DNA of 61,608 bases, the filler included, from Stramenopiles sp. TOSAG23-3 (taxonomy: Eukaryota): the NCBI GenBank assembly GCA_900128585.1. It is 14 parts of 14 records of this genome, joined end to end, with 100 filler letters (N's around TTAATTAATTAA, not from the genome) between each part and the next. Parts side by side here need not be neighbours in the genome. Positions count along the whole stretch, not along the records: positions 5,556 to 11,716 come from LT643373.1; positions 11,817 to 17,970 come from LT643374.1; positions 18,071 to 24,223 come from LT643375.1; 11 more parts are not named here. One strand, given 5' to 3'. The translations under genes and the position numbers were made by a program. Position 1 is the stretch's first letter. Every line of letters starts with the position of its first letter. A model generated the notes under the pieces. That model did not search any database and was not told where the DNA came from. It saw only the letters and a list, made by a program, of their open reading frames with translations. Positions 9,540 to 20,587 of the stretch are shown here, piece after piece.

Positions 9540-10631
9540 CTACTTTCGCGCATTCCCCCGTTGCCTCTTCCTGTCCCGGCCTCCCGATGGTTTTTTCTTT
9601 GCGCGACCTGGTGGGCCTGATTTCCTGTTTTTCCTGTTCCGGCCCACCTTATCGGCCCAGTCTTTCATTTTCTCCATACTCGACTTCCTGTTTAATTTTC
9701 TGCCCCCGCCGGCTGTTTTGCCCCCATGCTTGCCACTTGAACCATCGCGTACTACGTATTTCCCACCTTTCTGTCTTCCGTTGCTTTGTGACTTGCCAAA
9801 ACCATGCTTTACCCTGGGTCTACTCGTTGTTTTCCTAGATTTCCCTGCGTTGGGTAACAATTTCGGTACTGCTTCTCCCAACCACGACATGACTTCTTCG
9901 TACTCCAGAAAATTGACCCCATCGACGTTGTTTATTTTTTCTAATTTTCGTCTCTTCGACGTCATGTCCTGCCAAAATTTCGGCGACACAACTGCCTTTT
10001 GCAATCGTGTTTGTATGGCAAAGGCTGACTTTAACAGGGAAGGGTGGGTTTTGCAAAATAGTATAAACTCTAAAATGTTCATTTGTTTGTCGTCTCCGCA
10101 TGCCCTTGCAATTTGGCGCTTGGCCTGCTTTAAGACGTACTCTGGGGAATTCTTCACGACGTTAATGGTCCCGGTATAATCCCACGCCTGCATACCTTTG
10201 TCCAAGTCGTATATATCGTCTACGAGTTTGAACACGTCATCCATAGGAATTTGGCCGTTTCCTAACGCATCGTACAGCTTAAATGAAAAGCCAGTCAGCC
10301 CGTTTTTGTCGTACGTGCAATAATTCCAACAAGCAACGACAAACTGTGCAAAGTTGATCTCCCCGGTGCCTTGCGTGTCCATTAACATAAAACACTTTTT
10401 CGAAAACGGGGTATTGTCTATCTCAAAAAACTTGGCAAATTCGTCATAGTCCACACTCCTACTACCATCCGCATCTAGTCTATAAAACACCTTTATTAAT
10501 TCCCTCCCAGCCTTCTCTGTAAAACCTAAACATTTGAATAAGCGCTTGTACTTTCCATACTCCCGGTTTACCATGTGAAAGTAATCATTTTCTACTTTTG
10601 AGTTGCACAGGCAACGGACAGCTGCCCCCAT
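9540..10631 (-). CDS. Calcineurin-B-like/NCS-type EF-hand protein with a predicted N-myristoyl/palmitoyl anchor and a basic tail
   Basis: MGAAVRCLCNS N-terminus; EF loops DADGSRSVDYDE, DTQGTGEINFAQ and DALGNGQIPMDD; K/R/G-rich C-terminus. Confidence 0.85.
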   Translation of the reverse strand: MGAAVRCLCNSKVENDYFHMVNREYGKYKRLFKCLGFTEKAGRELIKVFYRLDADGSRSVDYDEFAKFFEIDNTPFSKKCFMLMDTQGTGEINFAQFVVACWNYCTYDKNGLTGFSFKLYDALGNGQIPMDDVFKLVDDIYDLDKGMQAWDYTGTINVVKNSPEYVLKQAKRQIARACGDDKQMNILEFILFCKTHPSLLKSAFAIQTRLQKAVVSPKFWQDMTSKRRKLEKINNVDGVNFLEYEEVMSWLGEAVPKLLPNAGKSRKTTSRPRVKHGFGKSQSNGRQKGGKYVVRDGSSGKHGGKTAGGGRKLNRKSSMEKMKDWADKVGRNRKNRKSGPPGRAKKKPSGGRDRKRQRGNARK

Positions 10632-11817
10632 TTCTTCACTGGCACCCTTGAATACGCACTTGCTGTATGAGCTGTCTGTCAGTGCTCTCTCACCTTGGCC
10701 TCAAACGGTAAACGTAATTCTTTCGTACCTGTGTACGACAGGTTTGTTCCAGACAAATTGTTGAATCTTTGGTAAAGAGCAAAGGTGTCCCCTCGTTGAT
10801 GACTATTACCTATCTCTCTAATATACTTGAGGAAGAAAAGTTCTTTCTTTATTTTATTGCACATTATTTTTTTTATTTTATTACTTATTCTAATGCTGTT
10901 GTTATGCGTGCGATATATAATACTACCTACCGTACAACATAGACTAATATTATAGTAGTAGTAAATATGCATTGGCAAACATCATAATAGTAGCGCTAGC
11001 TAGTCGTCTAGCAGGGGAAAATGTTGTTGTTGGTTTTTAAAATACTATCCTTACTTCATTCAGAGACTAAACTAAACTAAAAAAGAGAAAAAGAAAAAGA
11101 AAAATGGGTGCTATCTTATCTTCCCTATTAAAATGCCTAGTTGCCTCATAGTATAACTACGGTAATAATACCGAAGGCGAATAATAATTAAAGCAAAACA
11201 ACAACAACCAAAAAAAGAAGGAAAAACTAACAAACTGCCGCAATTCGTAGTTAATAGTTCGTAGTCTTCTGGTCCGTTGATTCGTTGTAATAATTCTAAA
11301 AAGAACACACTTTCGCCAATTTTATAATTTTTTTATACTTCTTTACTACTGTTAACTGTACTAAATTACCGCTACCGTTATTAATATAAATATTAATACA
11401 ACAGGAGGAGGAGGAGTACTAGGCAAAGGTTTTTTTTATTAATAAATTACCACCTTCTTGGTATTTTATATTATAATAAAAAAATATATAAAACAAACTG
11501 AATTTTTTATTCTTCCCCCATGGGATGGTGTTATAATTATCGCTTTACAGCACATCTTTGCTTAGAATAAGCAAACACTATTTAGTTATATTCTGCCTTG
11601 CGCGTTGACAGGCAGCTTCATTTTTTTACGTGGAGGCGTGGTAGTTGTGTGTCTTTGTGCGTTGCACCATCTCGTTGTTGGGCAAACGGTAACGAACGAT
11701 GCGGACAATTTCTTCANNNNNNNNNNNNNNNNNNNNNNNNNNNNNNNNNNNNNNNNNNNNTTAATTAATTAANNNNNNNNNNNNNNNNNNNNNNNNNNNN
11801 NNNNNNNNNNNNNNNNT

Positions 11818-12570
11818 GCACTGAGCATGGGCAATCTAGCCAGTACGTACAATAACTTAGAACGTTATGAGGATGCCCTTCGATTGAATGAGGAAGCGTT
11901 AGCTCTCCGTAAATGTATACACAAGCCGGACAATCCATCTATTGCAACGAGCATGGGCAATCTTGCAGCTGCGTACCGCCAATTAGGACGGCATGAGGAT
12001 GCACTTCGGATGCAAAAGGACATATTGTCGTTTCGTAAACGTACATTGCGACAAGATCACCCACATGTTGCAACGAGCTTATGCGCTCTTGCAGCTACAT
12101 ATCATTATCAAGAGCGCCATGAGGATGCCCTTCGATTGAATGAGGAAGCGTTAGCTATCCGTAAACGTATTCTACCATCCGATCATCCAGATATTGCACT
12201 GAGCATGAGCAATCTTGCCATGTCCTACAGTAAGTTAGGACGGCATGAAGATGCCCTTCGATTGAAACGAGAAACCTTGGCATTAGAAAGAGCCATTCTA
12301 CGACCAGATAACCCAACTATTGCAATCAGTATGCACAATCTAGCCGACACTTACGTGGATTTAGGACGATATCAGGATGCACTTTCGTTAGAAAAGGAGG
12401 CTTTGACATTCTTCCAACGTTGTCTCCCAAAGCATCCAGCCATTGCAGTGCTTGTTCAGACACTTGTTAAGATATATTTAGCATTAGGGCGTTTGGGGGA
12501 TGCGATTGCAACAAAGAGATGTAATGGGAAATTGAGACCATATGAGGAGTGTAAGTTTTTATCGTTTTGA
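11818..12570 (+). CDS. 42-aa TPR repeat protein (kinesin-light-chain/NPHP3-like repeats), 5'-partial
   Basis: Repeats of SMGNLAxxYxxLGRHEDALRLxEExLAxRKRxLxxDHPxIA with 126-bp periodicity. Confidence 0.9.
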   Translation, partial: ALSMGNLASTYNNLERYEDALRLNEEALALRKCIHKPDNPSIATSMGNLAAAYRQLGRHEDALRMQKDILSFRKRTLRQDHPHVATSLCALAATYHYQERHEDALRLNEEALAIRKRILPSDHPDIALSMSNLAMSYSKLGRHEDALRLKRETLALERAILRPDNPTIAISMHNLADTYVDLGRYQDALSLEKEALTFFQRCLPKHPAIAVLVQTLVKIYLALGRLGDAIATKRCNGKLRPYEECKFLSF

Positions 12571-13364
12571 ATTTGGGCAGGACTTTCCCCTTTTCGAAAA
12601 AGTACTGTTCTGAAGTATACATACTTTCTGTGCCCGCGTTTAAAAATAGCAAAATTTATAAAACATGAAAACGTTAAATTCTAGTACACTTTTATTTGGA
12701 ATGTTGGCGGCTACGAGACGCTAAACGACGGACCGCAATTCAAAGAAGAGGAGGTGACCGCGGTCAACCACAACCATGCCTACACGTACCAATTTAAAGC
12801 TGCTTTTCAATTTTCAGACTGCGCCCGCTGAATGACAATCACGTACGTAATTTGATGAACAAAGGCAAACTTGTTTTTTCAAAAAACATCGGCAAAAATA
12901 AACATGCACTACTGCAACCACAATGCACAAAAATGATACTATTACGGACGTACGAGCAGAATAATTCCGAAAGAGCAACATCAGCAAAAATGACATAGAA
13001 CAGCTGCGATCGTCCTAAAATTCGTCTTGGTGAATCTTTTCTCCATGGTGAAACAATTCGGTCCGGATAAAAAACCAAACTGATGCTGTGCCCCTTCTAC
13101 GGTTGGTTTTTGTTTGGTTTTTTTGGGAAAGCAAAACCCGTCCAGGCGCACAGCGGGGCGAACGGTCGAGATGAGATACGCCTTTCGTTCTTTCTGTCGC
13201 TCGCCGTGATTATTATACGTATGGGAAAATTGAAAAATGTACACGTTTTATAAGTTGAACATTTTTTAATTAAGTAACGATCGAAACAAAACACAAATAT
13301 ATACATACGTATTTCAAAAGCATTTTGATTAATCAACGTGTGTTTGTTTTTGTTTATTGAATTG

Positions 13365-14978
13365 ATGGCAGAGATGAATAAAGCTGAGCTTAGTGGAACG
13401 GCGTTAAACGGGGGGTCCCACGTGTCGCCCGTACCTGCGGGATCGAACGGGTTTGGTGTTCCTCTGGGGTTGCAGGGGCGTGGGAAAAAGCTGGTCCCCA
13501 CGTGGTACGAAAAGCCTCGAGTTTTGTACTTTTTCCTTTTTTTTCTGTGTGCAGCAATAAACTCCAGGTTTAATTCAATTTTCTTTATGCACGGCGAGCA
13601 CCTTACGGAGAGTCAGGTGGGCATGATTCTTGGACTGTACCAGGTCGTTGCAATGTTTGTGGGGCCGTGCTGGACGATCTATGCCGACATGTTTCAGAAC
13701 TCAATCTACCCCCTGTTCGTATGCGCTGTTGGCTCGACGGTGTGCTTTCTCCTGTACGGCCCAGCAAGTGGTTTCGTCTGGGTTCTGGTAGTCAGGATCT
13801 TATTTTCTTTGTTTTTCCCCCCCTTGACCTCGCTCGTGGACAGCATCGCCCTGAAATCGTTTTCGAAGGGGGCGGGCAAAACCAAACAAGGCAAGTACGG
13901 CTTGGAAAGGCTGTGGGGTGCTGTCAGCTGGGCAATTGCGCACATTATCATCGGGCTTAGCATAGACGCCTGGGGGGCCCAAATCATCCTCATTTTTGCC
14001 GTGACCAACATGCTAGCGTTCGGGGCGGTGGTCTGGTTTTACACAAAGGGGAAGCGCAAGGCTGGGCCGGACGTAGTGAAACCGGACGGGGAGAAGAAGG
14101 TTGCCGGTGGGGCTTCGGGTTCGGACGAAAGTTTACAGCGTGGTACAAATTCCATAACAATTTTTGAGAAGCGGGGAACAAAGCTGAAAGAACTGATTGC
14201 CCGATTCCGCGCGGCGACATTCGAGGCGCTGAAGAAGGGGCGGGGCAATGGCTCCCCTGATCGTTTTGAGCACTTCCGACCGAAAACGATCTATGAAATC
14301 GTGTTTCGCTCTCCCCTAACAATTGCCTTTTTCTGCGATATCATTGTCATGGGAATGGCAACTTCGCTGGTCGAGGGACTTGTTTTTCTGTTCTTTGTGA
14401 ATCACCTGCATGCTTCAAATACGTTGTGTGGTGTCAGTGTGCTGATCACGGTTCTGTTCGAAATTCCGATCTTTGCGTTTGCGCCCCGGATTACAAAGTC
14501 TCTGTCCACTTTGCAGATGCTTTTGATTGCGCACGTTGCGTACATTGTTCGTGCAATTGGTTACACGTGCATTCCAGTTGACCACCCATGGCTTGTCCTG
14601 CTTTTTGAGCCTCTTCATGGGGTTACGTATGCATTTTTTCAGATGAGCACGGTGGTCTACTGCAGCGAACTTGCCAACAAACGTATGCAAGCGACGGCTC
14701 AAGGGCTGCGGACGGCAGCCTTGAGTATCGGTGCGCTGATTGGCTATGTTTTCGGAAGCATCGTGATGGAGCAGTATGGATCGCACACTATGTACCGCTC
14801 CGCCGCGATCGTTGTGGCACTTGCAGTGCTGGTATGTTTTTACATAGTTCGGCGCTATGACCCTGAAGCATATCACGTGGAGCTCGTCGAAGAAATAGTC
14901 GTCGAAGTGGACGAGAGCACGCTTCGAATCATGCAACAAGATGCAGATAAGCGAGGGGTCGAACTGGACTCGGTGTGA
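13365..14978 (+). CDS. Major facilitator superfamily transporter (MFSD6/MFS_1-like)
   Basis: About 12 hydrophobic segments, with YGLERLWGAVSW and LFEPLHGVTYA motifs. The first ATG is at 13365. Confidence 0.88.
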   Translation: MAEMNKAELSGTALNGGSHVSPVPAGSNGFGVPLGLQGRGKKLVPTWYEKPRVLYFFLFFLCAAINSRFNSIFFMHGEHLTESQVGMILGLYQVVAMFVGPCWTIYADMFQNSIYPLFVCAVGSTVCFLLYGPASGFVWVLVVRILFSLFFPPLTSLVDSIALKSFSKGAGKTKQGKYGLERLWGAVSWAIAHIIIGLSIDAWGAQIILIFAVTNMLAFGAVVWFYTKGKRKAGPDVVKPDGEKKVAGGASGSDESLQRGTNSITIFEKRGTKLKELIARFRAATFEALKKGRGNGSPDRFEHFRPKTIYEIVFRSPLTIAFFCDIIVMGMATSLVEGLVFLFFVNHLHASNTLCGVSVLITVLFEIPIFAFAPRITKSLSTLQMLLIAHVAYIVRAIGYTCIPVDHPWLVLLFEPLHGVTYAFFQMSTVVYCSELANKRMQATAQGLRTAALSIGALIGYVFGSIVMEQYGSHTMYRSAAIVVALAVLVCFYIVRRYDPEAYHVELVEEIVVEVDESTLRIMQQDADKRGVELDSV

Positions 14979-15140
14979 TGATAAAACGTGACGTAAAAAA
15001 GAATAGAGAAGAAGTTGAAAGTAATCTCATTCGCGTCAAGACATTTAAATATCATTAAAATATGCATACGTTTTTCATAATATCTTACAAAAAATATTGA
15101 TCTTTAATAAAGAGTAAAACACCCATCGAAAGCAGTAAAA

Positions 15141-15241
15141 GCAGAATTTGGGAAGATCTGCAACAGGAGGAGATAATATTGATTAGAATGGACAAAAGGA
15201 GCAGATTCACTTTCGCGGCACATGAGGAAGAAATTTTAATT
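15141..15241 (-). repeat. Internal segment of the gene-3'-end repeat family
   Basis: gatctgcaacaggaggagata...tggacaaaaggagcagattcactttcgcggcacatgaggaagaaattttaatt, lying 23 nt beyond the TPC stop codon. Confidence 0.75.
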
Positions 15242-15263
15242 CCTTGGCCCACGAACCCAGTTC

Positions 15264-17702
15264 CTAAACGTCTGAATTCTTTGCCCCTTCCATCTTCTCC
15301 AGAAGAAGCACGGATGACGAGTCCCCTACCTCATTTGCAAGGCTGTCTTCATCGACCATGCTGTTCCTTCCTCGAGAACTCCATGATGGTTTCACACTGG
15401 CCCTTTTCGCGAGCAGGGGGTGGTTTGGGTCCAGCTGCCGCAGAGCGTCCTTTAACTTCTGGTTTTCCCGGTCGACAGAGTCCATGTGAACGTCGTGGCT
15501 CACGCCCCGCTTTCGCTTTGTTGTCCAGCCGACTAGATCAACGAAACGAATCTTCTTGTCCACTCTCCAGGTCTCCACGAGCTCCGCCCGAGATGTTGAT
15601 TTTGTAACGTAAGCGATCGATTCCATTACCCGCTCGTATATCATCTCTTCCATGGGATGCTTCTCTTGCCTCATGTCGACACGGTCCGACTGCTGAATGT
15701 TCCTGTACGCCTCGATCACGAAGGCCACGAAAACGCTTGTAAAGACCTGAACCACCAGTATGTAGAACGAAAAGTAGTACACGAAGGCCCCCCACCCGCA
15801 CCCGGCGGCGGTCCCTTCCATCAGCGCCGGGAACTTTCGAGCCATCAGCATGACGAATGTTGTGGCAAAGGAGCTCCCAAAGTTCTTAAAGTTTAACTCC
15901 CCAAGGCCCTGAGCTGCGTACGATGTCTTTGCGACGTTACGATCGTTGACGTCCAAACAAGTTGCGAAAGACTCCATACCGATGGCCGCAAAGCTAAAGA
16001 TTATCGAAAGCAATATCACCAAAAACCGTAAAAATATTGGCAGAGTTTTGCTGAAGCTGGTCAGCACGTTCCAGGTCACAGGGTGTCGAAGGAAACGCAC
16101 CACTCGAAACACCCGAAAGATGCGAGCGAGGCGAATAATGAACAAAATGCTGAGAAAATCGCCGGACCTGGAAAAGGTGCTGGAGTAGTGATGGAGGACG
16201 TCCAGGGCCAAGGTCCCAATCACCGACGGCCACGCCACGATGAAATCAATACGGTTGAAAAAGTCCGACCAGTACGTTCGCCAGCCCAAGGCAAACGTTT
16301 TGATCATTATTTCTACCACAAAGCAGCCCGCAAGAACGTAGGAAATCGAATCGACGGTGGCGTCGGAAGACTCGTGGCCCGAAGCGTCGGTGTCCGGGTT
16401 CGTACCCGTGCGGAGAAAAATAAGGCGCACCACCGAGACCACCACAAGAAAGTCGAAAAGTATCTGAAAGTGGGGGCGTTTGACCAGCGAACTCACTGTA
16501 AATTGCAGCTCCGACTGCTGTGCCGTGTTCCGCTCTATGCGTACATCCAAGAACTGGCACAAGTCTTCAAAACTCTCCGCGTCGATTTCACCGGAGTACA
16601 TGGAATCCACGCAGTAGAACATGATGCGGGCCGACTCCGTGGTTATCGACGGCCGGGTGGCCTGGGCAACCTCTATCCACTGATCTATGTGCAGTTTTCC
16701 ATTGTCGTCACAAAGCAGACCAAATGCGTGATGGAAGGACATTACGCGATTTTCCACCGTTTGCTTGACCCGCGCGTGCGTGTCCCGTTTGTACCGGTCA
16801 AACGCGGCGGCTACCAGAAGCCGGTTTAGGAAGTAAAACCCGAACAATATGTGGCACGTGAAGAACCACGCGCTCCAGGCCCCCACTTTGAAATAGGGCA
16901 GCATTATGTCGGGGAAATTGACGCCAGTGAGCAATATGGCCGACTGGTACAGCGCGTCGCTGATCGTGCCAAAGTACTGGTTGCACTTGCCGTCGAACGT
17001 GCTGCATATTCCGGTCGTGTGGTTCTCGGGCGAGACTATGTTCTTCCAGGGCACCAGCCTTGGATCGAACAGGAGCCAGGCCACGATCCCATTGACCGAC
17101 ACGTAGAACACCATCAGGCACAAAATGACGGCAATCGCCGGAAGGCTTCTAAATATTCCGCTGAGGGCGGACCTCACGTGCCGCATCCTGGAAAGCCCGA
17201 ACAAAGGTCGCAGAAACCGGGAGAAACGCGGGAACTGGATCGGCGAAAGCGTGGCCAAGACGTCCAACACCATGAGCAGGACGGCCAGCGCTTTGTACAC
17301 GGCGTACTCGTGGTTCCACCACCGCTCGCGAGTTCCCCCCAACCAAACGTACTGGTAGTAGCAGTCTGCCATGAACACCAAAATGCAGAGTATTTCGACG
17401 GGAATCGTGGCGTACAAAGGCAGCAGGGCCTCCGAGGACGTCTGCCACGACGGCTCTTCAAAAACTGTCAAAAGTGCGACCGTCCAGCTGGTCAGGAACA
17501 CGATCGCCCGGAACGACCAGTCGTGGTACTTTTTGTACGCCAGCAGTGACCTGTCCATCTTCAACGCCAAAGCGTCCGCTCGCCCATGTAAAGCGTCCGT
17601 TATCAGCAAGGACGCCATCAATGCCTCGTTCTTCGACACGGAAAATGCATACGTCGTCCTCGTACCTGCATTCGGAAGGAGCGATGTCCTGCTATTCGCC
17701 AT
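15264..17702 (-). CDS. TPC: Two-pore channel (TPC family)
   Basis: Two 6-TM repeats, with S4 segments RFSRFLRP and RLARIFRVFRVVRFLR, pore I LLTGVNFPDIMLP, an EF-hand-like linker (DSMYSGEIDAESF), and S6 ending VAFVIEAY. The first ATG is at 17702. Confidence 0.9.
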   Translation of the reverse strand: MANSRTSLLPNAGTRTTYAFSVSKNEALMASLLITDALHGRADALALKMDRSLLAYKKYHDWSFRAIVFLTSWTVALLTVFEEPSWQTSSEALLPLYATIPVEILCILVFMADCYYQYVWLGGTRERWWNHEYAVYKALAVLLMVLDVLATLSPIQFPRFSRFLRPLFGLSRMRHVRSALSGIFRSLPAIAVILCLMVFYVSVNGIVAWLLFDPRLVPWKNIVSPENHTTGICSTFDGKCNQYFGTISDALYQSAILLTGVNFPDIMLPYFKVGAWSAWFFTCHILFGFYFLNRLLVAAAFDRYKRDTHARVKQTVENRVMSFHHAFGLLCDDNGKLHIDQWIEVAQATRPSITTESARIMFYCVDSMYSGEIDAESFEDLCQFLDVRIERNTAQQSELQFTVSSLVKRPHFQILFDFLVVVSVVRLIFLRTGTNPDTDASGHESSDATVDSISYVLAGCFVVEIMIKTFALGWRTYWSDFFNRIDFIVAWPSVIGTLALDVLHHYSSTFSRSGDFLSILFIIRLARIFRVFRVVRFLRHPVTWNVLTSFSKTLPIFLRFLVILLSIIFSFAAIGMESFATCLDVNDRNVAKTSYAAQGLGELNFKNFGSSFATTFVMLMARKFPALMEGTAAGCGWGAFVYYFSFYILVVQVFTSVFVAFVIEAYRNIQQSDRVDMRQEKHPMEEMIYERVMESIAYVTKSTSRAELVETWRVDKKIRFVDLVGWTTKRKRGVSHDVHMDSVDRENQKLKDALRQLDPNHPLLAKRASVKPSWSSRGRNSMVDEDSLANEVGDSSSVLLLEKMEGAKNSDV

Positions 17703-17891
17703 GGCCTCGGTAACGGTGGCTGTTCCACCGGAGTCAACAACAACGTGTTCGCCGGCCAAAAAAAAAGCTTAAAGAATCTGCACAATGGCCTCGCCTTGCT
17801 TGGTATTTTTTTTCCTAAACGAACAGATTAGTGTGCATGACCGTTGAATGTATTCTTACTCTTGTCAATGGTTTGAGACACACACACATCT

Positions 17892-17970
17892 GAAGAGAAG
17901 AGAAGAGAAGAGAAGAGAAGAGAAGAGAAGAGAAGAGAAGAGAAGAGAAGAGAAGAGAAGAGAAGAGAAG
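17892..17970. repeat. (GAAGA)n microsatellite
   Basis: Perfect pentamer run to the contig end. It is the reverse complement of the 1112 repeat. Confidence 0.95.
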
Positions 17971-19993
17971 NNNNNNNNNNNNNNNNNNNNNNNNNNNNNN
18001 NNNNNNNNNNNNNNTTAATTAATTAANNNNNNNNNNNNNNNNNNNNNNNNNNNNNNNNNNNNNNNNNNNNCTCCCTGCTAGTTTTTTAATTAAAAAAAAG
18101 TTCACACACATACGCACCCCTCTGGACACAAAACCGGTTAAGTACAATATTTGACTAGAAGGGAAATAACAGAATCAGAAAATTAAACGAATAACCCTAA
18201 GATAAGACTATGTAAAAATCGAGAAAAACCGACACCACTTCCGGCAAATAACAGGGCACAGCAGGATTTCTTTTCCCGTCACTTTCTGAAAAACGTCTCC
18301 CAGGGGATTCGTTCTGTATTCTAATGTATTTTTATAGGAATACGCGCATAGGCATATATATCATTGAAGCATATTCTTGTTGCATACTTCTTGGAATAAA
18401 ATAAATAAATGAAGAAAATCTCCTTGATTCCATTGATGATACTAAAATATCGTACAATAGATGCCATGTTATACTGTAGTACCAACCTGTACCATCTGTA
18501 CCAATATATTACGAGTATATGACTAAAATGACCAATGTCATTTTTTTAGACAAGTTCGTTACAAAATTAATAAATTACCAAATAATATATGAGAGTCGGC
18601 CTCTCAAAACTCGTATATAATATACTACGACGATTCTAGTCAAGGGGAGCGATGACATAATTTGGCCAAACTATGTAAATATGTATTTTCAACAACATCA
18701 ATTTGTCCTCTGGACAGGAGAGACACATTGCTTTAAATCAATGAAATTAAATAATTCTTAATAAAAAGTGAATTTAAAGTGTCCAGAATCACAAGTCATT
18801 ATTTTAAAACTTCCACGCAGTGTCTTCAATCATCACCGCATAAAAAACTCTGTGATAATGGAATATCACCTTACCTTTTTACATTGGGGTTTTTATTGTT
18901 GTAGGATGAAGGTATTATTAGTCCACGTTCCGAAAAGAGGTAAGAATTGGGCGTTCTACAGTGTTTAAAAAGCAAACAGAAGCGCGGGGCGTTTTACATT
19001 GAATGTTGAGATGTATTCCCCATGGGCATCGAACAACCCAAAAATAGTAGATTAGCACCGGCCTATTATTCTCCCCTGATCGTTGCCAGCTTTAAAGCGA
19101 CTCCTCCAGAGAAAAACAGAAATTAAGGTTTAAACTATACAAAATACTGTATGTCATTATTATTTTATCAAATTTGGAAACCAGAATTAGCTAATCAGGT
19201 GTCCAATGTCGCTTTTACTACTGGTACACAGCAAGGCAAAACATCAACGATTTGATACAGCACGACACAGCGGAGCGAAATGGTCACTTATATATATAGA
19301 CAGAGACAGACATAGCAGAGCGAAATGTCGCTTTTTTGATATAGGCACAGCAAGACGATTTTGTCGTTTTTTATATAGGGAAGACTAAATGTCTTGTAAG
19401 AACAGCAACAAATAAAACAAAAATATTGGATCAACACACCAAAACACTACTATTATTGCTTTATAACAAAAAATAAAAAGTAATTTACAGTACATACTGT
19501 ATCTATATTCTATTTAATTTAAATTTAATAATCGCATCATTTTGAATAATGTTTTCTTGTTATAGTCGTCTTCTTATATAATTGTATATTTAATAGCACA
19601 GTCCCTATATATGATATTATGAGTTTCAATTCAATAATAATGTTGAATATAAAACATCACTCAGTTTATTCTTCTTGTGTAATGTAATATATGTTAAGGA
19701 AATCAATACAAAAAACATGTTACCCGGTTTTGAATGAAAATAAACAGCCGTTCGTTGCCTACACTCTAATAAAACCCTATAATTTAAAATATAACAGAAA
19801 TAGACGAATACGACTCGTAATTCTGTTCTTCATAATACCAATTGTGCTATTGCGCCATACAATAGCGTTAAGAATAGGTTGGTAAAAGTATTACTCATAC
19901 CCTTAAAACACTACGATCAGGGGTTCTCGCTCGAACGGGAGCTGTATTTTAAATTAAAATCATGACAGCACTGTTGTAGTAGAGAATATATTG

Positions 19994-20352
19994 GCAAATC
20001 CTCTTAAATCTAATGCCATATGGCCCTTTTTTTTAACACTAAAAATTTGATTATTTTAAGGTTTGATATGAATCTAAGTACAACTACATCCTATCAAAAT
20101 ACGACCCTTCGGGACGATCAGCCGGAACGGCACAGCAAAGCGAAGGATGCTGTGTCGATGTGAATGCTTAGAATCTCTACCGAGCGGCTCCCTCCCATTC
20201 TATCGACAAATACGAAAATTATAGATTTAAGGTCCCTGCCAGGCGTCCCAAAGGTTTTTTTTATAGGATATAATGTTATAATGTTATACTTAATTTTCCT
20301 ATCATTGTTCAACAAGTGCCATATGGCATCACATTAGATTTAGAGGATTTGC
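19994..20352. mobile_element. Degenerate foldback/MITE-like element (~110-120-bp inverted arms)
   Basis: gcaaatcctcttaaatctaatgccatatggc...atcctatcaaaatacgacccttcgggacg (19994-20116) is inverted against cgtcccaaaggttttttttataggat...gccatatggcatcacattagatttagaggatttgc (20244-20352). Confidence 0.65.
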
Positions 20353-20587
20353 ATATTATAAGACAAAAAAACGTGCAACACACAGCTCAGATTGATTTTA
20401 GCCGACTGAAAAAGTTTTTCGTGAAGTAGGACAGAACAGTTTTCTTTTTTCATCATCCAGATTTTATGAATTATGTGGTTTTGGAAGAAGTCTGCGACAA
20501 TTGTTTATGTCGTAACCACTCTTACGCTAAACTTGGTTCTCATGCCTTTGTGCATATGTTGTAGCATAAATTAGAGCAAATATATCG

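Noticed and set aside
12690-13250. Possible decayed coding sequence between the TPR and MFS genes
   Set aside because: The frames I translated had frequent stops and no recognisable motif, so no call can be supported.
19205-19380. CRISPR-like periodicity
   Set aside because: The repeats are short and degenerate, the spacers resemble each other, there are no cas genes, and the context is eukaryotic.
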